A stretch of 63,877 bases of DNA, filler included, from Welwitschia mirabilis (taxonomy: Eukaryota): assembly GCA_051453625.1 (NCBI GenBank). It is 6 parts of one record of this genome, joined end to end, with 100 filler letters (N's around TTAATTAATTAA, not from the genome) between each part and the next. Parts side by side here need not be neighbours in the genome. Positions count along the whole stretch, not along the records: positions 34,058 to 56,135 come from JBOZIK010000001.1; positions 56,236 to 60,756 come from JBOZIK010000001.1; positions 60,857 to 62,724 come from JBOZIK010000001.1; positions 62,825 to 63,877 come from JBOZIK010000001.1; 2 more parts are not named here. One strand, 5' to 3'. Below, in pieces: positions 50,461 to 62,961 of this stretch. Within the stretch, counting starts at the first letter, position 1, and each line of letters opens with the position of its first letter. The position numbers and the translations under genes were made by a program. The notes under the pieces are model-generated. The model saw only the letters and a list, made by a program, of their open reading frames with translations. It did no database searches and was not told the origin of the DNA.

Positions 50461-51049
50461 GTATCAATGAGTAAAATGTTGGCAAATTAAAATGTCGGCA
50501 GACATAAAAAGTTGGGTCGGGGAGACTTGTCGCCATTGTATTGGCAATATGTCGGAGAAAAATGTCGGCAATTATTTTTTTCCAAAAAAAACGCAAAGCT
50601 TATTAGTTTTACGAGATGTGCAATCAATCAATGCTAGAAAATGTTAAGAACAAGTATTTTAAAAAGCATTTGCTGTAGATAAAATCAATGATTAAAAAGG
50701 AGGCGACTAGTAGCCGATGAATTGAAACTGAATTTTTATTACATCCAAAGACCCAATTGAAACTGAAACTGAATTTTTATTACATCCGAAGACTCAAAGG
50801 ATCTATTGGACAGAGGAAATGATCATGTTATGGAATACAAAGATAGATTCAATAAAGTGGCCAACAACCATTGGATGCAACATGAAAAAATAAAGATATT
50901 TCTTATAATGATANNNNNNNNNNNNNNNNNNNNNNNNNNNNNNNNNNNNNNNNNNNNNNNNNNNNNNNNNNNNNNNNNNNNNNNNNNNNNNNNNNNNNNN
51001 NNNNNNNNNNNNNNNNNNNNNNNNNNNNNNNNNNNNNNNNNNNNNNNNN

Positions 51050-51411
51050 TGCAAACATCAACACACTAGATTTATGTGGAAAACCCCAATGTGGGGAAAA
51101 ACCACAGAAGCAATGCAGAGCTCTCTAGTAGAATGAAAAAGGGCAAGCACACAAGCCGTCCTCAATAGCCAATCTTATAACTTTTGACTCCCACACACCT
51201 AATGGCATCCCATATCTCTACTCTCTTTATATAGATTTTCTTTTAGGGTAGAAACCCTAACCCTAACTTTTGGAACTTTCTAGACGACCCCATTAGACTT
51301 TCCTTCTCCCTTTAATATTAAATTACAATAAGAAGGGGACTTTATAAAAATATATAAAGTCAAACTACAAAGGAATAAATAACATCAAGAGATTTAACTT
51401 CACTTCCAACA
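51050..51411 (-). repeat. Copia LTR fragment/solo LTR
   Basis: gatttatgtggaaaacccc...gggaaaaaccac motif typical of a reverse-oriented copia LTR, TATA (tttatatag), ends cttccaaca. Confidence 0.6.
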
Positions 51412-53450
51412 CTTTGGGCATGCTATTTCATCTTCTACTTTCGATTCTGAGATGACGTGAACTGAATCAAACTTTGCTTATAAGGTTGTGCGTCTTGATT
51501 GGAATTTTTGCTATGAGATAGTGAACTGGTGAAGCAAACTGATTATGGTGAATATGTTCAAAATAAAACTTCCTCTTGCCTTGTACATTTGTCCTTAATT
51601 TTATCAGGACATGCTACTTGATGAAACTAAGAATCTTGGTGGAATTGGTTTGGACATTCTCCTAAGAAATATCCCACTTTTCTAGCCATTGCATTCCCTA
51701 AAAATACCATCCTTTCTCTTTTGTAGCTTCAAGAACTGCTCTTGTTCTGCTGACACATGGCTTTAGCTTCAATGGACAAAAGATCACATTCTAACAGCAT
51801 TATAGGATCCANNNNNNNNNNNNNNNNNNNNNNNNNNNNNNNNNNNNNNNNNNNNNNNNNNNNNNNNNNNNNNNNNNNNNNNNNNNNNNNNNNNNNNNNN
51901 NNNNNNNNNNNNNNNNNNNNNNNNNNNNNNNNNNNNNNNNNNNNNNNNNNNNNNNNNNNNNNNNNNNNNNNNNNNNNNNNNNNNNNNNNNNNNNNNNNNN
52001 NNNNNNNNNNNNNNNNNNNNNNNNNNNNNNNNNNNNNNNNNNNNNNNNNNNNNNNNNNNNNNNNNNNNNNNNNNNNNNNNNNNNNNNNNNNNNNNNNNNN
52101 NNNNNNNNNNNNNNNNNNNNNNNNNNNNNNNNNNNNNNNNNNNNNNNNNNNNNNNNNNNNNNNNNNNNNNNNNNNNNNNNNNNNNNNNNNNNNNNNNNNN
52201 NNNNNNNNNNNNNNNNNNNNNNNNNNNNNNNNNNNNNNNNNNNNNNNNNNNNNNNNNNNNNNNNNNNNNNNNNNNNNNNNNNNNNNNNNNNNNNNNNNNN
52301 NNNNNNNNNNNNNNNNNNNNNNNNNNNNNNNNNNNNNNNNNNNNNNNNNNNNNNNNNNNNNNNNNNNNNNNNNNNNNNNNNNNNNNNNNNNNNNNNNNNN
52401 NNNNNNNNNNNNNNNNNNNNNNNNNNNNNNNNNNNNNNNNNNNNNNNNNNNNNNNNNNNNNNNNNNNNNNNNNNNNNNNNNNNNNNNNNNNNNNNNNNNN
52501 NNNNNNTCAATATTTTTCCAATTTCTTTCACTTATAGCTGGTCCACAAACTGGGCATCCATACAAAATAGTGAGATACACGATTGATTGAAAAACTTGGT
52601 TGTGAACTTGCTAAGCCCAACTCCCTAGTGAACTACATTATGCTATTCTCTCTTTATTGCATTTGTCCCATCTATGGCTATTAGAATAACAAGACTCAAG
52701 TATCAAAACGCTTCTACTATTTCAATTTTCTCCCTGTTGAATTTAAAATCAAATAGGGTATTCATGGTGCCCCAAATCATCAATTTATTCCCAATTTTTG
52801 AAGCATGTTTTTCATACTTGTTTCTGGAGTAGAAATCAAAGCTGCATCATCTGCATAAAGGAGCAATTGGACTGCCAATGATTCTATCTCAACAACATAG
52901 TAATTATGTTTTTTGCAGAGCCAATCTTGTAACTCATCAATGAAGAGACCAAAGAGTGTCGGAGAGAGGACATCCCTGTTTTACTCCTACCTTAGAGACA
53001 AGTTCAAAACATCTTTTTTNNNNNNNNNNNNNNNNNNNNNNNNNNNNNNNNNNNNNNNNNNNNNNNNNNNNNNNNNNNNNNNNNNNNNNNNNNNNNNNNN
53101 NNNNNNNNNNNNNNNNNNNGTTGGAGAGAGGACATCCCTGTTTTACTCCTGCCTTAGAGAAAAGTTCAAAACATCTTTTTTGATCAAAGTCTTTTATTTC
53201 AATTATAACCTTTTCATATAAATCTTGAATAGTAGCAAGAAGATCAGGAGGAATTCCAATATGATTAAGCTGCATCAATAAAACAAACCAAAAGTTTTTT
53301 GTTTAGCTTTTTTGCAAAATCCTTGAAATGCCTTAGCGTAAGCAAATGATCAATAGTGGAATGATTCTGGTGAAAACTTGGTTGGCAAATTATTCTGATA
53401 TTATTTGCTTTTGCCTTGAATTAATGAAGCTGACTTCTTTTGAGTCTTGC
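51412..53450 (-). mobile_element. RTE-like non-LTR retrotransposon RT region
   Basis: FHQNHSTIDHLLTL, GIPPDLLATIQDLY, GVKQGCPLS.TLFGLFIDELQDW, LLLYADDAALI (52835-52866), C-terminal SRHLRIES; related to the relic at 4400-8403. Confidence 0.82.
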
Positions 53451-54399
53451 AAACTTTTTCTAACGATTAATAGGCATCTAATAGCCAACTTCCCCCCCTG
53501 ACTTGTACCGACTTTTTGCCAAACAATCTCTTAAAAAAGTCTTTTTCAAATTATTTTTTTAATTTATTATGAAAATGCGAACCTAATCAAGTTGGTATTT
53601 GTTACTTTATGTAACAAAAACTAAATTACAAATGTTATGATTTTATAGTATGATATCATGTTAACTAATTCTTGGTTTTAGACTTATTTATGAAGAAATA
53701 TTTGTCACATAGTTTTTAAGATGATTGGAAACCTTATATTAAATTAAAAATCATAGTCTCTTTCAACGGAAAAACAAACACGAGTTCTCTTAAGTGGGCA
53801 TAAGCTTCTCATTCAAGAAATGAATTTACTCTCAATTTCTAGATCTAATTCAAGTCTATATTGTACTTTATGGGGGGAAAGACACAAAATTGAAGTTGTA
53901 TTGTGAGTAAAGAAATCCTAGATCTATGTTGTAGATGCAAATTAGAAATTTTTGTTGCGATCTTATTTAAAAATCAATCTTTTTATGTTATTCTTATAGT
54001 TTCATTGTCATAATTTAATTTCTTACATAGTGTTGTATGAGTCGTGTGCTTTACTGAGATATCGAATCTAGTTGGAGTTTTTGGAGAAAGTACTCTTTTA
54101 TTGGTCTTATGTTTTTACTATTGTTCTTTCACAATTTTAGAATGTTGGAAAAATAACCACAAAAAGGCATTTGATATCTTTTAATCATAAGATTCTAGTG
54201 TTCAATGTGTTTTAAGGTTGTTTATAATTGCCAAAGTTATGTTGTATTTGAAAAACATGATTTCTAATTTTATTTCATTATTGACTTTTTTGGCTGATAG
54301 TCTCTAACTCACCAACACGACCTTCATTTTTAAGGTTGCCAACTTTTTAAACACTGGATAAAATGAACACATATATTGCATTAAAATAGTGCCAACAAG

Positions 54400-55990
54400 C
54401 CAACGAGATGAAGAGCATATTAGCAAGCAAAAACATGAGGTGCAATCAATCTGTGGCTTTAGAGCCATTAGTACATGCTCCTGCTCGCATAACCTTCATC
54501 TTTCTCCTATAAATATGTGCCTTTGTGAATGCTTGTGGTGTCTCCTTTCTAGATGCAACAAAGTTTTTGGCATCCTCTTCAAGTATTAAGAGCTTCTTCT
54601 CAATAAGCCGATCATCATGACTAAGAACAAACTGCGCATCATCTCTAGTCATCCCTGTCTTCTCCTCTACTAAGTACTTCTCATCATTGGAGTCATGCCT
54701 GTGAATGGATGCCTTGACTACTCTAAGGGTGTGCATGTATAATAGGTGATGATTCGCGCAAGGAAACTTGAGTGACTTGTATTGGAGGCGGAGAAGGATC
54801 AGGTACATCCTCTGTAACCACTGTCAACCACTTAGAGAGAGGGTCTGCAACATGAATGTCGTCTAGATCGATCTCGTCTCCCTCTGAATATTTGTAAGAG
54901 CTACTGGCTATTAACACCTCTTTGTACTTCAACTTCAAGTTGTAGTCCACAAAGACAAAATCATTTAACTTCTCTGTAGTAAGTCTATTTCATTTCTTAA
55001 AGTGGATATGCTCAAAGACACTCTAATTTATTTCACATCCTACATTGATAAAATAATTGTATCAATAACTACGTGCACAAGTAAATGAATTGAACAAGGG
55101 AATGAGAAATTATTAAAATGCCACATTAAATTATTAACTAGCTTAAACCACTCCAAGGTTTAGTTAAAATTCTAATGGCTAGTTGTTGCAATGTGGGAAC
55201 ATATGTACCACACACAAACCACCAATCCTCTACAAATTCAAGTTAGTAGAATCTGTCAGTGAAAATGTGAAATGGCCAACTACTACTATTTTACGTAATC
55301 AACTAACATAGGAAAATGAAAACTTAAGATTGCAAAATGCAAACTAAGTTGGAGCCATCTTATCCTTTCCCATTTCAGCAGTAAAATGCAAGAACTATGG
55401 GTAGTTCTCCTTCCTATAATGATTGAGCTCATTAATAAGCTTCAAAATTCTCAGAGGATCACTCTCTAACTTGTGAAGAACATTTGTGACCCCTAAAGCA
55501 AGCTCTATATCTCCTATAAGAGATTTTCCATACCCAAATTTTGGGTTTAGAACATGTGCTACAACATGTAAATTAGAATGCAAATTTTCATTTCATCTTT
55601 TGTCAATTAAAGAAGAAATGTATGCCTAATCTGATTCTTCTCTCCTAGTTGACACACAAGCTTGGATGGCATTTTTGGCCCTTTCCATTGCCTCATATAC
55701 AACTCCCATTGATGCTTGCTCACCATCTATGATCCTTAGAACCTTTACCAAAGGCTTTGTGAAGTATTGAAAAAAATAAAATGACGTCAATAGCTACTCT
55801 TACAATAAATTATGTGTTAAAATGATAGACATAGCCTTTTAAAGGCAATAATGCATAACACCATAAGTAAAGCACTTGTGGATGAAAATATTTCAATGAT
55901 GCCAATAGAATGAAGTTTGATTCAAGAATATCGTCGTGTGCATGATCTCTATGCTCAACACCTTTTGTCAGAATGTGAGGAGGATCTAAA
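54400..55990 (-). pseudogene. hAT-family (DUF659/Tag1-like) transposase remnant with dimerization domain
   Basis: KVLRIIDGEQASMGVVYEAMERAKNAI, LHVVAHVLNPKF, GCEIN*SVFEHIHFKK*NRLTTEKLNDFVFVDYNLKL (cf. SGCERNWS.F..IH.K.RNRL...LNDLV.V.YNL.L). Confidence 0.85.
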
Positions 55991-56236
55991 AGTTGCTAAT
56001 CTTTTGGCTGGGTAAATAATTTTAATGATGGACATCTTCAATACTTCAGTACGTTGGACGTCCTCAATCAATAAAGCCTAGACGTCCCCTCTTCTTGCAG
56101 TCAGGTTATATGAAAGTAGCCTATTTACAAGGGCGNNNNNNNNNNNNNNNNNNNNNNNNNNNNNNNNNNNNNNNNNNNNTTAATTAATTAANNNNNNNNN
56201 NNNNNNNNNNNNNNNNNNNNNNNNNNNNNNNNNNNA

Positions 56237-59200
56237 TATGCACTCTCACACCAGAGGAATACGGCTGTGTTGTTCAGTGCACTACGACACAAGAAATATG
56301 GGAGACACTGAAGATAGCACATGAAGGAGGGACAAACACAGTTAAGAACACCAAGCTGCAACTTCTAGCCACCAAGTTTGAACATATATAGATGGAAGAA
56401 TCTAAAACGGTTGCCGAGTTTACCACCAAGATCACCAACACCACAAACAACATGTGGGAACTTGGTAAAAAGCTTCTTGAAAATAGGATCGNNNNNNNNN
56501 NNNNNNNNNNNNNNNNNNNNNNNNNNNNNNNNNNNNNNNNNNNNNNNNNNNNNNNNNNNNNNNNNNNNNNNNNNNNNNNNNNNNNNNNNNNACTTCTAGC
56601 CACCAAGTTTGAACATATATAGATGGAAGAATCTAAAATGGTTGCCGAGTTTACCACCAAGATCACCAACACCACAAACAACGTGTGGGAACTTGGTGAA
56701 AAGCTTCCTGAAAATAGGATCGTACGCAAAATTCTTGGAAGTTTGACAAAGAAATTCATACCTAAAGTGACAGCCATTGAAGAAAGCAAAGACATCGACA
56801 CCATCAAAATAGACAAGTTAAAAGGATCTCTCATTGCCTGTAAAGCCACCTATTAACAAAAGAAGAAACTCCAAAAAGGAGAAGCATAGCTCTCAAAGCT
56901 AATGAGGAAATCGAAGAGGACTCATCATTTGAAGAAGCTGAAGATAAGGACCTAGCGCTGCTCACTCGACATTTTAAAAAATTCCTGAGAAAGAAAAGGG
57001 AAGGAAAACCTCTCAAAAAGTTTTCAAAACGAGGAAATGAAAAGGGTAAGCAAACATCTAGCTCTATTTAATGTTTTGAATGTAGAGGTTTTGGTTATGT
57101 AGCCTCAGAATGTGCCAACAAAACAAAGGAACAAAGTTCAAAGGGCAAGGAGAAAAGGGCTCTAAAAGCAACATGGGATGACTCTGATGAAGAAGTAGGT
57201 AACTCAAATGATGATGATGAAGTGTTAGACTTTGGATTATTATCTTTCATTGATGAATTGAACTTTGGGCTCATAGCTACAGAAGAAGATCATAAGACGA
57301 TCAGGTATGTTTAAAAAGTGATTTTAAAGAATGTTTCGATTTAGACTATGATGATCTAATTGATGCTTATGAGAATCTATATAATGTTAGTATTGGATTA
57401 GGAAAGAAAAATGTTCTGTTAAGCAAACAGGCCAATGATCTTGAAACTAAGTTGCTTGAAGCAAATAAAAGAATTGAAGATCTTTCCAAAGACTTGCAGG
57501 ATGCGCAAAGGATCACAAAACGATTGACGCAGGGAAAAGAGAACTTTATCAAACTCTTAGGAAGTGGAAGATCTCCATTCGACAAATCAGGACTTAGTAG
57601 CATTCCAGGTTCATCTATTCCTTTTCATTATTATCACTCTAAAATAAGTTCTCAATNNNNNNNNNNNNNNNNNNNNNNNNNNNNNNNNNNNNNNNNNNNN
57701 NNNNNNNNNNNNNNNNNNNNNNNNNNNNNNNNNNNNNNNNNNNNNNNNNNNNNNNNNNNNNNNNNNNNNNNNNNNNNNNNNNNNNNNNNNNNNNNNNNNN
57801 NNNNNNNNNNNNNNNNNNNNNNNNNNNNNNNNNNNNNNNNNNNNNNNNNNNNNNNNNNNNNNNNNNNNNNNNNNNNNNNNNNNNNNNNNNNNNNNNNNNN
57901 NNNNNNNNNNNNNNNNNNNNNNNNNNNNNNNNNNNNNNNNNNNNNNNNNNNNNNNNNNNNNNNNNNNNNNNNNNNNNNNNNNGGACACATTGTTGGAAAA
58001 GGTTCCATAGCTGCAAATGAATACCACCCCACTATTCATGATGTCTACCTAGTGGAAGGGCTGAAACACAACACACTTAGCATTTCTCAAATCTATGATA
58101 GAGGGAACACTGTTTCCTTTACTAAAGCCAAACGTATTGTTAGAAATGCTATAGACAACAACATAGTCTTGACTAGTGGCAGGTCAACATGCATGTATGT
58201 TATTGGTCATGAGGATGTCTCAAGAGAAGGCTGCTACTTGGCTCGCACTGAAGAAATAATCCTATGGCATAGAAGATGAGGGATCACGAATTCAAAATAT
58301 CCAAGACTGAATTTTGGGCATGGGGTAAATCCCCGTGAGGTGTCTCTTTACTACTTACTTGCATCTTTTCGTACATATTGTAAATATTAAAATTTTTCTT
58401 TGATTTGTTATGGTTTTCTTCTTTTTCTTATTCTGTAAATCCTTTGATTTTTACTTTTCTTCTCTCTTTTCTTTTCATTTCCGAGTTCATGCTCGGACGT
58501 CCCAACTCCTATTCTTGGACGCCCGAATTTCTCAGATATGATTTTTTCCCAAGTAATATCCCAGATGTCTTGACATATTTATCGGACGTCTGATTTTCAC
58601 AGAGAGACTTTTTCCCGAGTATCAACTCGGACATCCCCCCTTCTTCCTCAAACGTCCGCTGACCTTTCTTCTTTTGTTACCGGGTTAAAACCTGGGCGTC
58701 CGACCCTTGTATTCGGATGCCCGACTTTTAAGGCAGTGCGGAATGCCAACGCTCCATCTGCCTTTTTATAGAGGGTTTTGACCCTTCTTCCTTCGTTTTC
58801 ATGTTTCTGCTTTCTCCACATGGATTCTGTACCCTCTTTCCACCTCAACGATCCATTCTTTTGCTCTCTCTCTCTCTCTCACACACACACATACACAACT
58901 CTGTCTTTTTCTTCAAGCCATGGGAAGGACAAAGCTGGCAGCTCAGAGAAAAGGGAAGGAACCAGCAGGCTCTTCATTTNNNNNNNNNNNNNNNNNNNNN
59001 NNNNNNNNNNNNNNNNNNNNNNNNNNNNNNNNNNNNNNNNNNNNNNNNNNNNNNNNNNNNNNNGACTTTGAATTCTTCTGGCATGAGCTCCAGATTTATC
59101 CAAAGTTTGAAGCTCTTCAGTGGCAGTATGCTCTGGACCCTGATACTAGAGCTTCGGTTAAAATGGTACGTTTGTTTTATTGCAATGGCCATCTAGACAG

Positions 59201-60756
59201 GTATAACGACAAAATCACGTCTAGAGTTTATGGTAAACCAATAGAAATTACTCTAGACGTGATTTTAAAGTTACCGGTTTTCCCAACGCTGGTAGCTTCC
59301 ATAATATTACTTTAGTTCAATCATTAGAAGAAGCTATTTCAAAAAAGGAACTGATAGATAAGCTTTGTGGGAGAGAAGTAGACTGGAAGATTAATATTCC
59401 ACCCAATCAACTCAAACCTTTTTATCGCGTAATATTTCAGATTTGTACACACAATATTGTGCCAAAGCTTGGGCAAAAGATGAAGTATCTCCTAGTTGCG
59501 TGTGTATTATGTTTTGTATTGAACGAGGTGTTCACTTCAATTTTGTAAATTTATCATGCTGTACATGAGTCAATTTTTGATTGCTACCAATCCGAGCTTG
59601 CCCTTTGGAGGTCTAGTTACAGCATTATTGATGAACTTAGATTTTCAGTCTTAAAAGAAGAAGAATTTGTAAAAGTGCCGAAACGCCTTGTCACTGAAAA
59701 AGATGAACATATTCTTAGNNNNNNNNNNAACTATTAGGCCAAAGCCGTAGCCGCCTCCTCTAAAATGAAAAAGAGTTAGTGAACCAGCTTCATCTTCTAC
59801 AGTTTCTAATGAAATTCTCTTGCAAACCATGCAAAAGATAGACCACAAATTAGACAGAATATTATTTGGCTTCTCTGCGTATGGTTTTGATATTTCTATG
59901 GGATCTGACGAAGAAGAAAAGCAAGCACCTCCAGCTCCAGTAGAAGGTCCATCCCATGCAGAATCATCTGATTGACTTTCTTCTTTTACTTTATTTTGTA
60001 TCTTATTTGTAGCTTTTCTTCCTATCTCTTGTTTTTCTTCTCTTCTCAATGATGACAAAGGGGAAGAAATAACCTAGCAGTATGATCTTCATTCCTATTC
60101 CTTTTTCCCTCAAATTTTGTTGTATGAATCATCTATTAATGGAAAGTACATTTTCTTTTTATATCTCTCTTTTTAACTTAGAAAATTGTGTGCAGATATA
60201 TCTATATCTATATATATATATTTGTTCAAATAAGGGGCTTTCACCATGTTAAATTTTTTACATATATTTGTCAAGTTTGCTTTTTTGATTACCATGATCT
60301 AATAATATTAAGTGCAGATAAAATTGTGCTTCAAACTGACAGAATTTGTTACAAGTTGATCTTTGTAGATTTCATAACAGGCATGGAATTCAGGGGGAGC
60401 TCAGCAAAACTATTATCAATCTCCTTATCAGAACTCTTAGGTCATTCAGATCAGATGTGTTGTCATCATTGAAAAGGGGGAGATTGTTGCGACAAATCAT
60501 GGATATCAAGAGGTTTCTACGGCAAAAAGATGGGATGTCCGACCACATTTTGGGACGTCCGACCAGATGAACGTTATAGATCTGTTTGGCCGTTCAACAC
60601 AGTTTTCCCATGAAGAAACGGATCTCTGCTGGTCGACACTACATTTTCCAATGCGGTTATTTTTCCGAGGTAGACTACAACAACTAGTTCTCTTTGAGTT
60701 GCTTAAATAGAGCAAACTCAATCAAATCTCTAGCACTGTAACCATTTTGAAAAATC
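56237..60756 (+). mobile_element. Sirevirus-like element with gag-protease + env-like ORF but INT/RT/RNaseH deleted
   Basis: gag QEIWETLKIAHEG...KVTAIEESKD, CFECRGFGYVASEC knuckle; VYLVEGLKHNTLSISQIYDRG; LWHRR then directly the post-RNaseH tract tgggcat(t)ggggtaaatcccc; env-like ORF 58920-59975; multiple PPTs; 3'LTR from 60485 (ggggagat|TGTTGC). Confidence 0.88.
58920..59975 (+). pseudogene. env-like ORF of Sirevirus-like element (most complete copy)
   Basis: MGRTKLAAQRKGKEP...VKMVRLFYCNGH...ITSRVYGKPIEITLDVI...IFQICTHNIVPKLG.KDEVSP...SLPFGGLVTALL...GPSHAESSD*; a few frameshifts. Homologous to the ORFs at 22628-23360 and 38430-40825. Confidence 0.8.
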
Positions 60757-61299
60757 NNNNNNNNNNNNNNNNNNNNNNNNNNNNNNNNNNNNNNNNNNNN
60801 TTAATTAATTAANNNNNNNNNNNNNNNNNNNNNNNNNNNNNNNNNNNNNNNNNNNNATCTTATGATTTCTCTTATGATTTGTGTTGAAGTTTAATTAATA
60901 CTATTTCCTAGATTAATTCTAAATTAGACATAGATCATAAGGGCTGAGTTGGATGATAACAACTTAGAAATTTGGTTATCATAGGATTGTATTTCATCTT
61001 ACTTTCCTACTTTGCATTGCACATTAGAATAATTATATTATCAATTTCTTGTTTGCATTATAAAAACACAAAAATTGATATAAATATTGGAATGAAATTT
61101 AAGTTACATCCTTTGTAATTTATGTGTTTGATTAGACTATTACCTTATGCTCTCCAGATTATGACATTCATTGGTTAATTCACTCTATACTAAGCCTAAT
61201 TGCAATTTCCCTATTTAGAGAATTAATTACTTTTAAAGTGCAAATTTAGGTAACCAACAATAACCAACACAAATCTTTTTTCTATAGGATTGGTAACTA

Positions 61300-62600
61300 T
61301 GAATGGAATGAATTCCATCTTTATATAAGATGTAAAGGCTAAACCATGCATAAATGTATGTCTAAATGGGAAAGCTTAGAAATCCTTAACCTTTACTATA
61401 GTGGAATATGTGGAGGACATTTTATTGGTTAAAAGACTGCCATGAAAAGTATTCACTCTAGTTTTTATTGGTTTATCCTTTTTAAAAACTCATTTGACTT
61501 TGTTAAAAGCTATGATGCTTATTAACATTATGGTAGCCTAATCCATTCTCAAGATATGCCAATGCTTGAATGTGAACCTTTTAATTATTAGGGGATTGAA
61601 TTTATCGGTCTTATTAAACAACCTTCTCATGACAAAAATTACATCCTCATGGTCATAATTATGTTACTAAGTGGGTCTAAGCTATTCCTACTACCAAGAA
61701 TGATGCTCAAATTGTTTGTAATTTTAGTTGAAATTATATCTTTTAATATTTTGGTTTTTCACAAATCATTNNNNNNNNNNNNNNNNNNNNNNNNNNNNNN
61801 NNNNNNNNNNNAAAACTTCTTTTATATATCGGAATTGAACATGGATATGCATGTGGTTATCATCCTCAAGCTAATGACCAAGCTGAAAATGTTAATAGAA
61901 ACATTAAAAAGATGCTCCCAAAATTAGTTTCTATCAATAAGAAAACTTGGTTTTCTAAACTCAGTGATGTTCTTTGGGCTTACTGTATTACTTGGTGCAA
62001 CTATCTAGGTTTCTCATCATATGAACTTATGTATAAAAATGTTTGTGTCTTGTCATTTGATGTTTGTTATAACTCCTATCAATCCACTCATCAANNNNNN
62101 NNNNNNNNNNNNNNNNNNNNNNNNNNNNNNNNNNNNNNNNNNNNNNNNNNNNNNNNNNNNNNNNNNNNNNNNNNNNNNNNNNNNNNNNNNNNNNGTTATA
62201 ACTCCTATCAATCCACTCATCAACTTAATCTTGTAAACTTGGATGATAATCTTAGACCTCAATTAGCCCAAATTGACCATTTAGATGAAAATCATACTTA
62301 TGTCACACATCGTCAACTCATTCATAAAGCCCAAGCCAAGTTCAAACATGATTAAAAAAATTCTTCATAAGCAATTTGAACCTGGTCAACTTGTCTATGT
62401 ATACAATATCTAGGTACATATTTTACATAACAAGTTAACCTCTAAATGATTAGGTCCTTATCTTATAGAAAAAGTACATTCTCATGGCTTAATTGAAATC
62501 TCTGATCTAAATACTAAGAAAATTTAAAAAGTTAGCAGATAAAGGCTAAACATTTATGAGTCATTTATTGATGAAACCTTGAACATGATAGAAGTACTTA
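61300..62600 (+). pseudogene. Gypsy (Athila-like) integrase remnant
   Basis: GICGGHFIG*KTAMK...FYW, GIEFIG, YVTKWV*AIP..NDA, YHPQANDQAENVNRNIKKML, WFSKLSDVLWAY, GPY at about 62453. Confidence 0.85.
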
Positions 62601-62823
62601 TTTTGTAAGCCCTTCTCAATGATGAGGACCTTCCTCTTATCATTATCTAAATTATTTTTTAACTCATTCCTTGGGTAGACATCATGCTATCACTTGAATA
62701 TTTTAAACTTGACTTATGTATTACNNNNNNNNNNNNNNNNNNNNNNNNNNNNNNNNNNNNNNNNNNNNTTAATTAATTAANNNNNNNNNNNNNNNNNNNN
62801 NNNNNNNNNNNNNNNNNNNNNNN

Positions 62824-62961
62824 NTCTCTTTATTGGCCCACTAAAATACCTACATTATTATGAATCATACTCATTCATTATCTTGCTATCCTAGTAATTA
62901 TTTCTCCAATTAGACAAAATAAAATGTAAATTTTGGGGTGTTACATTTTGGCATCAGAGCC
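62824..62961 (+). repeat. LTR 3' end plus tRNA-Met PBS
   Basis: ...ggggtgttaca followed by tttTGGCATCAGAGCC. Confidence 0.65.

Larger units (their letters stand above)
50465..54356. mobile_element. hAT-like termini enclosing nested insertions
   Basis: Imperfect TIR pair caatgagtaaaatgttggcaa (50465) and reverse complement cagtgtttaaaaagttggcaa (ends 54356); subterminal gtcgg/gccga motifs at 50490-50720 and 53475-53520. No 8-bp TSD found, so the two ends may belong to different copies. Confidence 0.5.

Noticed and set aside
57281-57310. Micro-exon-like cag|AAGAAGATCATAAGACGATCAG|gtatgt encoding EDHK, similar to the next pTAC3 exon
   Set aside because: Lies in frame within the retroelement gag-pol region and lacks the required DV..LLGMMV context and exon length.
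548-58279. Long poly-X ORFs in the supplied track
   Set aside because: They are open only because they run through N gaps.
26027-62780. Five copies of TTAATTAATTAA embedded in N runs
   Set aside because: Identical N44-12mer-N44 format with stops in six frames: a synthetic contig linker, not biology.
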